Positions 1-11,242 of a stretch of 64,000 nucleotides of DNA are shown here, one piece after another. Both the position numbers and the translations under genes were made by a program. The stretch spans positions 122,063,593 to 122,127,592 of the forward strand of contig NC_090378.1 in NCBI RefSeq assembly GCF_036365525.1. Reading direction: 5' to 3'. Origin of the DNA: Heterodontus francisci (Eukaryota). Positions within the stretch are counted from its first letter, which is position 1. Each line of letters starts with the position of its first letter. The notes below the pieces were generated by a model. It worked only from the letters and a program-made list of their open reading frames with translations, did not search any database and was not told where the DNA came from.

Positions 1-772
1 GAAGCAGTTCACACCTTGTATAGTACTCAACTAGATGACGAAGACCAACAGTTCCCATTGTCCGTCCTCCCCACTCCCCCACCGAAACCAGCCAGATGAA
101 AATACCACATATTCAAACAAAGCTTTCTCACCAGGGACATGACAAGATCAGTCAGAAAAAAGGGAACATTCCGATTTTGGTGGAAAAAGCAAGACCGCTG
201 AAACAGTAGAAGTGAAGCAGCCTGAGGAAGGAGAGGATTGAACAGTTGATGTCAAATGGACAGCAGCCACACAGCTCTACAGGACAGAAGATCAGAGCAC
301 GCTGCTCCCTCTATAACCAGGACCAAAGGAAGTTGCATGCCCTAAGGAATGGTTACAGCCCCAAGGACTTTGATCGCAGAAGACACGACCCGGCATTCAA
401 AGTCAGCAGGGTGAGCAGCCTGCAGAATACTCAACTCACAGTCATGTGGAGAGTTACCTCTGCATGTCCCGACCAAACCTTAGAAAAGGGGGCTAGTGTA
501 GTGTTGGGAGTTAACCGACTGTGAGTTAGGGAACGTAATCGATTTGTTGTTAGTCATATAGGAACATTAGCATGGGTTTTGCCACACTGAGATTCGCAGT
601 ACATATTGAACATACTTTCATTATTCGAAATCTGAAACCTGCATCGATTGCATTATTCATCATCCTTCAGTGTGATTCATGAAGGTAAGCCCAGACCTTC
701 GACCGTAAATCAGTGGGTTCGGTTGTGACCAGCAAGGCTAAATGAACCTCACACAATCGGAAACACTCTGCA
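1..772 (+). mobile_element. 3' end of a second LTR element (PPT plus ~276-bp LTR at 497-772) inserted into the 5' LTR of the Gmr1-like element
   Basis: Polypurine tract AGAAAAGGGGG 482-492 followed by TGTAGTGTT...AACACTCTGCA. LTR homology to the Gmr1-like element starts abruptly right after 772. Confidence 0.5.
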
Positions 773-3700
773 GAGCGTGGGGCATGATGTGTATCCGTAG
801 GCGTTAACCGAATTACCATTTAAATTTTAATAAATTTGACTTTTCTTCTTTAAACCTAAAAAAGCCAGTTTGTGCTCATTTCTTTGCCTTATATTTGGAA
901 AGTGGTGAACAAGGATTCACCAAAGGGGGAGCTCAAAACACGGCATGTTTAAAAGTAAAGCCTGTTACAGGAAGACCAGGTGAAGGCTGAAGCGGATCCC
1001 CAGACACCTTTCTCACCTGGTCATAATAGAAATTTGGGTGCCTGTGTCCGTAACTTTACCCATAGACAAACAAGAGAAATTGGAAATGGGAAACCTAATT
1101 GTTCACAATCAAAAAGAGCAAGTTTTCAATACAGGTTTTCTCCTGGTCGTGTGTGATTGAATACTAACATGTCTGCAACTGAAGCTAGCAGCTCTCCAAG
1201 CCAGGGTGAAGTAACTTGGGATAACTTAAAAGCACTGTCTATGGAGGTGTTGAGGAACACGGCTGAGCAGTGTGGGATCACAGTACTAGGAAGTCTGAAC
1301 TCCGAAGGCTAGTGGCCAACTATTGTCTCCTTGAATCTGAAGAAGCAGAAACAGGGTCAGAAGCAGAATTCGACAGGGTATTGTTCGCAAAGGTACAATT
1401 GGAACAGCGGAAACTTGGCTTTGAGGAAAGAGAGTGGGAGAAAGAGAGAGCCTTCCAAAGGAATGTGAAGAGAAAGAGAGAGCCTTCCAAAAAAGAATGG
1501 GAAAAGAAAGAGAGAGCCTTCCAGAAAGGAATGAGAAGTGAATGAAAGGCAAAAGAGAGAGAAAGACAGGAGAAGGAACAAGAGAGAGAGGAGCGAGAGA
1601 GAGAAAGAATATTCCAGAAAGAATCCGAAGAAAGAGAGCTGAAGCGGCTTGAGTTAACTCAGGGGTGACAGAGTAACCTCAGTGCAAGCATGGCCAATAT
1701 GGAGGAGCATAATTCAGACTGGGCAAAAAATTGCTAAAACTTACTGATGCCAAAATTCAATGATGAAGATGTGGAGGCCTTTTTTGTGTCTTTTGAGAAA
1801 CTGGCAAGGCAGCTGAAACGGCCAGCTGAGACCTGGTCTCTTTTACTTCAAAGCAAGCAAACTGGAAAAGCCCATGAGGTTCATTCCTTGTTGCTAGATA
1901 AGAGTTCAGCAAATTATGAACTGACCAAAAAGGCTATCCTTGGGGCATATGAACCCTCAGGAAGCAAGCTAATCAAACCTACCTGGAGTTTAAAAGAAGT
2001 AAGCAGCTGGCTTTTGACCAGTGGCTGAGGGCTCTTAAAATACCGCAAAGCTATGTGAATCTCAGGGAAGTAGTTCTGTTGGAGGAATTAAAAATCTCTC
2101 TCCCACTCTCAATAAAGACCCATATAGTGGAGCAGTGCGTCCAGAGAGGCTGGCAAGAGGCCATTCTGGCTGATGAGTTTGCTTTAATTTATCGGTCGGT
2201 TTCCCAGGGGAAAACCTTTCCTAATCACTCCCACAAATCCGAAAAGGACAAAGGGTGGGAAGGTGATCTCCACCCAGGCAATCCTGGGAGAGAAAGGAAA
2301 GCAGGACACACAGGGGGCCCTCCAGACAAAAAGGAAGGTGCAGTGAGCAAGAGTGAGACCCGAAGACCTGTGTGCTTCCATTGTAATAAAGCAGGGCATT
2401 TAAAAGCTGACTGCTGGAAACTAAAGGGAAAATCGATAGGGTTAATCAGGGCACACCTGCTCAGTAAAGACGGGGACCTGGTGCAAAACACAGAACAAGC
2501 TGTGGCTTTAACTGCAGCAAGAATGCAACCCAGGAAGCTTACTACAGCCAGTGCTGGAAAAGCTGATAGGATTCCTGAAGGCTATCAGGGTTTTGTGTTT
2601 GAAGGGAAATTAACCCCATACCCCTCGAGTGAGGCCAGCAAGCCCAGAGTAATTCTCAGGGACACAGGACTCACTAGATCCCTTTTACTGGGAAAAGGCC
2701 TGACCTTTCCCCCAGGGAGTGCAGTGAATACCAAAATGGTGGTGAATGGTGTTGGAGGGCAGTGTATACATGTACCTGATTACCGGGTGCACCTGGAGTG
2801 CAACGTTGTTTCGAGATCAGTGACCGTAGGGATTGTCCCTAGTTTGTCTGTGGACAAGATTGACCTGTTCCGTGGTAATGATCTGGCGAGGGTGAAGGTG
2901 GTAGCCCCAACCCCCCCACCAAGTAGTGAAAGAAAGACCACAGGAGGTCAGAAAAACAGGGCAGTGGCAGGAGATGGTCTCCTGCAGTTTCCCTGAATGT
3001 GTAGTGGATCGGGCCATGATCAAACCAGCTCCCCCAGAAATTACTGCATTTGCACTGCAGGCAGATGACCATGAGGTCTGCCTGTCCGAGACATTCTTTG
3101 GAAAGTTAGAAGACCCAGGGAATGAATTAAATGGATTATCCCTAGCTGTGGCTCAGCAAGCCGACCCAGTATTGCGAGAGTTAGCATGGGCTGTCTAGTC
3201 TGAAAGAGAAGCAGAGTGAGTCCCTAATTGCAACTATTTAAAGAATGAGGTACTGATGAGGAAATGGAGTTCTCCTCACAGACCTGAGAGCAAGGAGAGG
3301 GCATTAGTTCACCAATTAGTGGTTCCGCAGAGGTACCGGTTGGAAATATTAAGAAGGGCCTACAAGGCCACAGTGGCTGTACATGTCAGTATACGAAAGA
3401 CCAAAGCCCGCATAAGACAGCAGTTTGACTGGCCAAAACTGCACTAAGATATGGCGGAGTACTGGAGGAGTTGCTACATATGGCAGATTGAGGGGAAACC
3501 CCGACCTACGATGAAACATGCATCCCTATGTCCTGTACTGGTGTTAGGCAGACCCTCCATCTGAAGGCTGGTGCACTGTAAGGGACCTCGACCAAGAACA
3601 AAAAGGGACAGGCAGGTGCAAGGCTGGCAAAAGTTCAGAAAAAGTAGGGGAAAAAGTGTCCAAGAGGGCAGGTTAAAGGAAGCCCGAGAGAAAGTCCTGA

Positions 3701-5102
3701 AGAAAATCCCTACTGTCTGGTCAGCCAACCCCGAAAAGTGTGAAAAGTTGGACCCCACATCCTCCTACGTAAATGCAGACTCTAGAAGCAGCCCACCAGA
3801 ATTGATAACATCATTTACAGGAACCTGCAGCGATAAAGAGAGACCTCTAGGGGAGGCACAGAAACCATGAGGGTGATGCCTCACCTAGCCAAAGTGCCAC
3901 AGGAGAATACGGTCAAGTCTGCACAACTACCTACAGGTATGAGTGTCTCAGAGAACAAAGGGCAGATTAACAAAGAATTTTCCCTTACAGTCAGAGAAAA
4001 AGGGAACCAAACATCCCCTGAAGTAATTGGGCATTGGGCAAACTGAAGAAAAGCTTCCCCAAAGAACCACCTGGTTGCTGGGATGCCAAAAAGGGGAAAT
4101 TAAAGCAGCACCCAGAAAAGACAATTTTATTAAGCTTTAAGATTTATGAATGCATGAAAATGAATGAGCGAAATACATGGTTTTCTTTCTCTCACACCTT
4201 TTAATGAAATGTCTTTTTTTCAAATCGCATTTCATTCCCCAGGGTCTGAAGGTGTTGTGCAGGCCCCCACCAGCCAAGAATGAGGCACATAAATTTTGCC
4301 ACATGGACATTAAACTTCAAATTGTTGCTGGGAAGAAAAGAGGGTCTATTACAAGGAATTGCCAGGCCCCTAGCCGGAAAGACATTTTTGCACACTAGCA
4401 GACAATGTTGGAATAAAGGAACCAGTCCCTCCTCCCAGTACATAGAAGACATGATCAGACCACTTTAGTCATATGACGAACTGGCTGTTGCAGGTTTTGA
4501 ACTCGCCACAGAGAATCTGAAGACAGAAAGCTGCTGGCTCCTGGATTGGGAACATCTCTATCTTGTCTCCTCTCATCTCATTCTCCCCAGCTTTGGAATC
4601 CATTGTAGACAATGGAACCCTAAAAGAGAGAAATGTCTCCTACAGGGAACAAGGTTTAAGAAGAATACTGGGCCCCAACGAAAAGCAAGAATTACCTCCA
4701 GCAAGAACTGCCTACAAAAGGACTCGACAGTGAGTTCGAAGCACAGTAACAAGAAACTGTTCAGAGATTGCCTCAGACCTCTTCACTTTATCTTTCTTCT
4801 GCTCTTTTCTGTCTCTATTTGCATGTGCATATCAGGTATGCGTGCTCGCGTGGGGCGCGGCGTGTATCCGTAGGCGTTAACTGGATTAGAGTTCAAATTT
4901 AAGTTTTAATAAATTTCACTTCTCTTTAAACCTAAGAATGCCTGTTTGTGCTCATTTCTTTGTCTTATAATTGGAAAGCGGTGAACAAGGATTCACCAAG
5001 AGGGAGCTCAAAACACAGTGTGTTTCAAATTAAATCCTGCTGCAGTAGTCCAGGTGAAGGTTGAAAAGGAGCCCTCGACACCTTTCTCGCTTAGTCATAA
5101 CA
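773..5102 (+). mobile_element. Degenerate, internally deleted Gmr1-like Gypsy LTR retrotransposon (gag with SCAN-like domain and CCHC knuckle, protease, integrase N-terminus; no RT/RNase H)
   Basis: 773-1028 aligns by eye with 4848-5102 (3' ends of both LTRs). The 3' LTR 4253-5102 is bounded by TGTTGTG...CATAACA. PBS-like TGGGTGCCTGTGTCCG lies just after 1028. Peptides: PKFNDEDVEAFFVSFEK..WSLLLQSK.TGKA, LREVVLLEE.K, CFHCNKAGHLKADC, LRDTG, then LVVPQRYRLEILRRA...KTKARIRQQFDWP and HCKGPRPRTK directly after the protease (PR-IN order). Many stops and frameshifts. Confidence 0.85.
4253..5102 (+). repeat. 3' LTR of the Gmr1-like element (~850 bp)
   Basis: TG...CA termini with short inverted repeat; AATAAA at ~4908; homologous to 773-1028. 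Confidence 0.75.
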
Positions 5103-5760
5103 ATGTATACAAAATAACAGTAAAATATAAAGCTGAACATGAATTCAAAATAATTGCAACATAATGGCAATCATAAACTTTTTCCTAATTTCTTGCAGTT
5201 GTCCTTTGTTGAAGATAAGTCTGATTCTGTGCCTGCAGAAGAGATTGAAGAACTGGAAAAATAAGAGAAGGCAGGAAAGGTCTGCTAAAGATCTCAAGGG
5301 CTATCCCACGACTGATTGGTAGATCACACCTGCATAAAACGTTTGTCTCCTCACAGTGTAATCCTGCTTAGTGTGTGCGTCAAGGTTCCCTCTTTGGGTG
5401 CTCTGGGTAGTGTCGAGCACGATTGCGTTTGCAGCCAAGCCAGTTCGTCTGTGTTTGGAATTCTCAGGAGAAGGTCAAGGTTTGCAGGGTACCAAGCACG
5501 GAACACATTGTCCTTCTCTGATATCACCAACTCTGAAAAGCAGGAGAAATGTACATTGGTATTTACACATACATTTTTATAGTGTTGATTGGATTAAGCA
5601 TACAACTATAATCTAGATGTAGAATTATGAATGGCTGAGAGTAATAGGATTAGAATTTGTTGCAAGGATTCAGAATGTATCACAAACTCACAAGAGAAAA
5701 GTTTGTAGGTTTCCACCATTATTGCATAGGCCCAATAACTGAAAAGAAAAACATTTTAAA

Positions 5761-5992
5761 ATCCATTCTCAGGATATGAGTATTGCTGGCACAACCAGAA
5801 TTTATTCCCTGTCCTTAGTTACCCCCCGAGAAGATCAGTACTGGCTGCCTTTTTCGTCACAGTTTGATAGAATTAGGTGGCTTGCTAAGCCTCTTCAGAG
5901 GGCAGTTAAGGGTCGACCATGCATGGGCCAGGCCAGGTAAGGATATCAGGTTTCCTTTCTTAAAGAACATGAATGAACAATTGGGTTTTTAC
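5761..5992 (-). mobile_element. Degraded SINE sharing body and 3' tail with the element at 28201-31458
   Basis: Reverse complement reads ...AAGGAAACCTG..ATCCTTACCTGGCCTGGCC...CTTAACTGCCCTCTGAAGAGGCTTAGCAAGCCAC...CTTCTCGGGGGGTAACTAAGGACAGGGAATAAAT...GCCAGCAATACTCATATCC. This is the 28370-28495 body joined to the 31378-31450 tail without the ORF. Confidence 0.65.
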
Positions 5993-7149
5993 TCTGGTCC
6001 AACAGTTAAACAGCTATTGAGTTACCACTGCAAAACATTGACAAACGTCATTCTTCCTTCATTGTTGGGTCTGAATCTTGGAATTCCCTACCTAATAAAA
6101 ATGGGGAAACACCATCATCAAAAAAACAGCAGCGGCTCAATGATAGGGCCTGTCCCACCACCTTGTCAGGGCAATGAGGGATGAACAATAAATGACAGCT
6201 TTACCAGTGATGCTTGTATCCAGAGAATTTTTTAAAACTCTGACTGGAATATCATTCCACAGGCACTGGGAATCCTCACCTAATGAGGCCTTCTGCTTGG
6301 TGGAATCTGGACAGTGGGAGTTGACAGGATTTTTAATCATGAGAGAATCACAGCCATGAAGGCTGATCCTGTCTTCAACTTTTTTCTGGTATCCACTTTT
6401 CACCAGAAAAGGTGGTGGGGAGGGTGTTACTGATTAGCACATTCGGTGCTGAGGACCCCATTGAATCTTCCTGCTTCATCGTCAAGGTGCTCTGCAGCCA
6501 ACTGAAAAAAGATGGTTCTTGATTTCAGTAAAATAAAATGTTTAATGCATTGTTGAATAATCAATTTGAATTACAATGAAGAAACCAGAATAATGCTGAT
6601 AAATTCTGAATTATTTTTAGTTAAATCCACAATCAACTCCAGATTTTTACCCATGACACAATATAGCTTTTCGAGGGATTAGCCGACATGAGTTACTAAA
6701 CTGGAGGAGGCTTTATGCTTTCATTAGGTGCTGACAAATAGCTTGTTACTGAGTAATGTGAAGCTAAATGACTCCAAGTTGGATCCTGCTGAGTGCAGTT
6801 GGGTTAGTTCAATTATAAGAATCTGGATTTTCCCAGCTTTTTGTGAAATCAGAAGAAAATATAAATCTGCTGGCAGAGGTTTATGTATCTTTTGGGATAG
6901 ATTTATCAAATTGAGACAATTTTCACCCCTCACCTTGATCTTGTGAAATGGTCTGTGTGAACTGAGAATTCTCTGGAGGTTCTGTTTCCAGGGTCTGCTT
7001 GGATGAGGCTCTCTGCAAAATAACAGGTGTCCTATCTTAGTCAGTAACATGAAGAAATAGAAAATTAATTACATTTCATGAATATATTTTATAAAAAGTG
7101 CAAAACCTTTCCAAAAGGCAAGGTTCGCAAGTGTTCTGTCTCAGCAACC

Positions 7150-7435
7150 TCTTCTCAAAGTATGTGAGACGAGGCTTCAATATCATCATCTTCAAATTTG
7201 GATACTAACCAGGAATAGTGTAAGAAATCACAGCTTGTCTCTGGACTAGGATCATTTGAATTACAAGTGGCTTCTCCACTACGTAAAGACAATTTTTCCC
7301 TCACCAATTCTATCTGTCTGATTTCACTGTCTTTTTGTGCTTGTAATTCCTTCTCAAACTTTTCCCTCTGGAAAGTACTCTCTCTCTCCCTCTCCTCTCA
7401 TTCCTCCTTTCTCACCTGAAATTCTAACTCAAAGC
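7150..7435 (-). mobile_element. Fragment of another Gmr1-like Gypsy gag
   Basis: Minus-strand translation ELEFQVRKEE*EERERESTFQREKFEKELQ...LVSKFEDDDIEA parallels the E/R-rich coiled coil plus PKFNDEDVEA region at 1400-1800. Confidence 0.55.
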
Positions 7436-8370
7436 TGTGGTTGTTCTCCTTTCAGCAGAGAAGGTGATGTGAAGATTTGATACAGGTTGTAAAGGCTGAT
7501 TAGATCAGTAATAAGATGAAAATTCTGACCATTCGTTGCCTTTATACACCCACTCTGCTGTATTAAAAATTCCCATTTCATATCTTGCAATGGACTGATT
7601 CCATGTTTTCAATCAAAGAGGCTTGAAATAATCTTTCCCAACATAAAATATACGAGTGGATCATTAAGTTATATGGCCAGCGTGTTACCCATGTGACCAA
7701 TAATGTTTAGATTCGAATAGTCATTTTTGAATCAGTCACATGGTGACAATTCTATTTTGGACTGTACCTTTCACCACTCCTATTTTTCATTTGCTCTCTT
7801 CCCATCTTTGAAACTTCACGTGAGCCAAGGCCAAGGAAGAAAAACTGTTCAAGGACTCTGCTATTATTACTCAATTAAATAACAGGAGGTGCCAGAGGTG
7901 CCTGTGGTTAGCTACACACTCATTGTAGAACCCAGCGTTCAATCTGTACCTGCTTGGGACATTGTTGCAATCAAGTACAAGGATGGGGAGAAATCAGAAA
8001 TTAATAGATTTCAGCTCATTCCCTGAATAAGGGTATGAGTGTGCCACACCTTGGTGTGGCCTGTACATTTAATGAGTAATGTCAGCAAAACTCAAACAGT
8101 GCGACAGCATTCCAAAAGAAAGTTGAAATGATGGCCAAAATACTCAAGAGACAGAAAAGATATCAACAATGTGGAAATTAGACATTGCGAATTAGCACTA
8201 ATAGCAGCCACACCGCCATCTTCAATATGACGAGATGGCAACAAATGGTCTGAGGTAATTTTTTTCTTAAATACAAGAGGAACTTTTTTTAATGTCTGTG
8301 AATATATTGACAGAAGCAACAGCCATTAAGCAGCATGAACATGACTAATAGAAACAATCCATGTACTTAC

Positions 8371-8694
8371 CAAAGTGCTTTGGTACAGATCGTCATCCTC
8401 TTGCCTGATTCCGATGTTATCGTGGCCATTCTTCTGCCTGCACCCAGGAAATGCCACTTTTGAAATGCAGGCAGTCACTGAGGCCGAACACTTGCGAGCC
8501 CAATTGCCGGAAGTTGTTCTTACAGAACACTTCTGAATCCAACTGCAGACGGCTGCGAAGATGGAACGCCTGGGAACCTTGGGAGTGTGGGACGATGATG
8601 ATGCTGATGACGACACACTACTAAGCGAGGATGATACTCTCGTGGAGACAGTGTCCACAGGGCGAATGGGTGAATGAGACGATACTTCAGATGA
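8371..8694 (-). CDS. Putative internal coding exon of an unidentified gene (108 aa, Ser-rich: SSEVSSHSPIRP...RQEDDDLYQSTL)
   Basis: Acceptor tttctgcag| at 8695 and perfect donor |GTAAGT at 8370. Length 324 nt (phase 0-0); only the phase-0 frame is open. CpG-containing, non-repetitive sequence. No homology recognised. Confidence 0.5.
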
Positions 8695-10400
8695 CTGCAG
8701 AAATTTGTTTTTGATAAAGTGTGTCAATGATTATATCTCAGAAAGTTCCCTCTTCCCAGTTACATCTATTGTGCCATGAAACTCCCTGGCACTTACCACA
8801 CCCCACCCCGCAAAAAAAATCAAGGCATTGTGGATACAACAGCTTGGTCTTGAGAAGGGGAAGTAATGCATGATTCCATGATAGTTAAACTGTGAAATCT
8901 TTCCATTGGTTTTCCTCCCTCGCTCAGCCAAAGTCTGCTCCGAAGAATGATGCCGCCATCTCACATCCACTGGTTGATAAGCCAACATTGACAGTTCATC
9001 ATTTAGCACGTTTGTAAATTACCCAGTTAGATTGTTAGCACATGGCATGCACAAATTCATCACGGCCATTACATTTGAATACTTCTGCTAGTGTTTTAAC
9101 TCTAAGTTATCAAATAATCCCTTTGCTTTTCAGTTGAACACTCAGTATTTGAACACTCCTATATCTATGCAGATATTTACTTGCCTGCCTCACCCAGTTA
9201 CTCATTGTAACTTTGCAGCATCCACCTATATAGGATGAAGTTAAAACATATCCTGTGGTGCTGCTAGGCTTGAACAAGTCAAGAAAGAGTATGAGTGCAA
9301 AAAAGTATTGGTGAGCTTGCCTGAATGAGAAAGCCAGCCAGCGCACATACAGGCAAGAGCTCGAGAGACAGAAAGAGACAGCAAGAACTAGAAATAGAGA
9401 GAGTTAGAAGTAAGGAAATTAGGAGTCAAATCACTCAGTTCATTCTAATGCAGCTCTTACCAGGTGAGTGCAGAATATTGGTAATGAAGAAGCAATAAAG
9501 GCACTGAAGAGGGGGTGTATAAGGACCAAAAGAGGAGAATCCATAAATAGGGAGGGTATTTTAAAGCAGAAATAGGACCCTAAAGATGCAGAACAGATAT
9601 AATAATGGTTAACTGAACTGCTAAAAGACTGAATTGCTGAAATTTCCAGGGAACAGGTGAGAGACACTTTCTACTAAAATCAATGATACCAGCTTACTGA
9701 TAAACTTCCAGGAAACACCACCCTTCTGTAGAGAAGATGCTGAATAGCAACTAAAGGTCAACTATAGAAAAAACAAAGCCTGCATTCAAGAGGGAATCTG
9801 GTGTGCATGCAGGGAGGTGTATTACGTTGTTGCGATTTGGACAGCAGTTTACTAGATTTGATCCCAAAATACCGTTTTTGATGGACTATGCACTTTAAGC
9901 TGCTACAGTCACAGCCCAGGTGCTAACTTTATGGTCAACCATGAAGTCATTAATAACCTTTAAAGAATTAAAATTAAAGATTTTGGTTATTAGTGTGACA
10001 ATATGTTTTAACACGCAAAGCTTCCTTCGAACATATTTAAAGGATATAAAATATTACACAAAACAAGCCAAGCTTGTATTTCACATAAATCAAATCACTG
10101 ACCGAGTCCATGTTCTCCCCGAGCTCCCGATCCGAGGGGATTTCGGCTGGTCACTGCTCTTGCTTGGAGTGCTGTCTGCAACATCTGTCCCGTGAAATAG
10201 CCGACATGAGGGAAAGGGATTCATCAGCAAAAACACTGAAAGAATACTAAAGTTGCTACGCTGTACAGAAAGAGTTTACTGCTGATTCAGGTAGCACTTG
10301 GTAGTTGGTCACTCAACAATGGCCCGATATAATGAATAGTTTTTGCAATTTATTAGAATCACCTGCTCGATTCCATCCTGGGCCTGTAATGCAACTTATT

Positions 10401-10500
10401 GAAATAAAAACAGAAAATGCTGAAAATACTCAGGAAGTCTGGCAGCATCTCTGGAGAGAGAAACTGAGTTAGTGTTTCATGTCTGTGATCTTTCATTAGA
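10401..10500 (+). mobile_element. Short fragment of a common shark interspersed repeat (probably Penelope-like terminal repeat)
   Basis: AAAACAGAAAATGCTG.AAATACTCAG.A.GTCTGGCAGCATCT.TGGAGAGAGAAAC motif recognised from memory as a frequent elasmobranch repeat. Family assignment is uncertain. Confidence 0.4.
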
Positions 10501-10788
10501 TCCCATTTATATTTTGATCACAAAGAATTACATTTGAAAAAGGTTCTGTCAGAGGTAGTAACCCTAATAATAACTTTATTTATCTCGCTTTTATCAACAT
10601 CATAAAATTGTCCAAGATGCATCACAGGAGTGTCAGGCCATAAATTTTGTCAGCCGGTCACATGAAGATAAGGTATATTTTTCTGTTAACAGCATTTTTG
10701 AATCTGGCAATGCTTTTGTATAGAACTGTCTGCATTAAGGCAGTAAAGTTTCAATGTACAGGTATTTGATTTCTGTGCCTGATTGAAG

Positions 10789-11242
10789 TAAAGACCTGCT
10801 CAGGTTAGGGAAAAAGAACCCAACCCAAACCAGACGGAACCACAGTGGACCCGAGCCCGACCCGGCCCGAGTCCCTCCGATTTTGCCCCAAGCCCGACCC
10901 GAGCCCGACTCGACTATCCCTTTACTTACCTTCCGACTCGGAACGTCCAGGAAGCTGCAGCATGTGTGTGATGGCATCATAGAGACGTCACTCACTAACT
11001 GCACACACTCAGTTTCGCTGCTTGACGTCCCGGACTCCCAGCTCAGGTAAGTTTTATTTAATTTTAATACTGACCAGCAGAGCAATAACCATCTGTGTCC
11101 GGCCTGACCCGGACCCGGACCCAAACCCGAACCCGGCCCGACCTGAGCCCGAAAGCCGGACCTGGAAGAGGGGCCCAACCCGACCTGAACCCAACACATG
11201 TCGTCGGGTCCCGTCGGGTCCCGGTCGGGTCACAGGCCTTTA
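10789..11242. mobile_element. Non-autonomous hAT-type DNA transposon (MITE, 454 bp)
   Basis: TIRs TAAAGACCTG / CAGGCCTTTA (1 mismatch). 8-bp TSD GATTGAAG (10781-10788) / CATTGAAG (11243-11250). Subterminal CCCGA/CCCGG repeats as in Ac/Tip100-type hAT elements. Confidence 0.8.
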
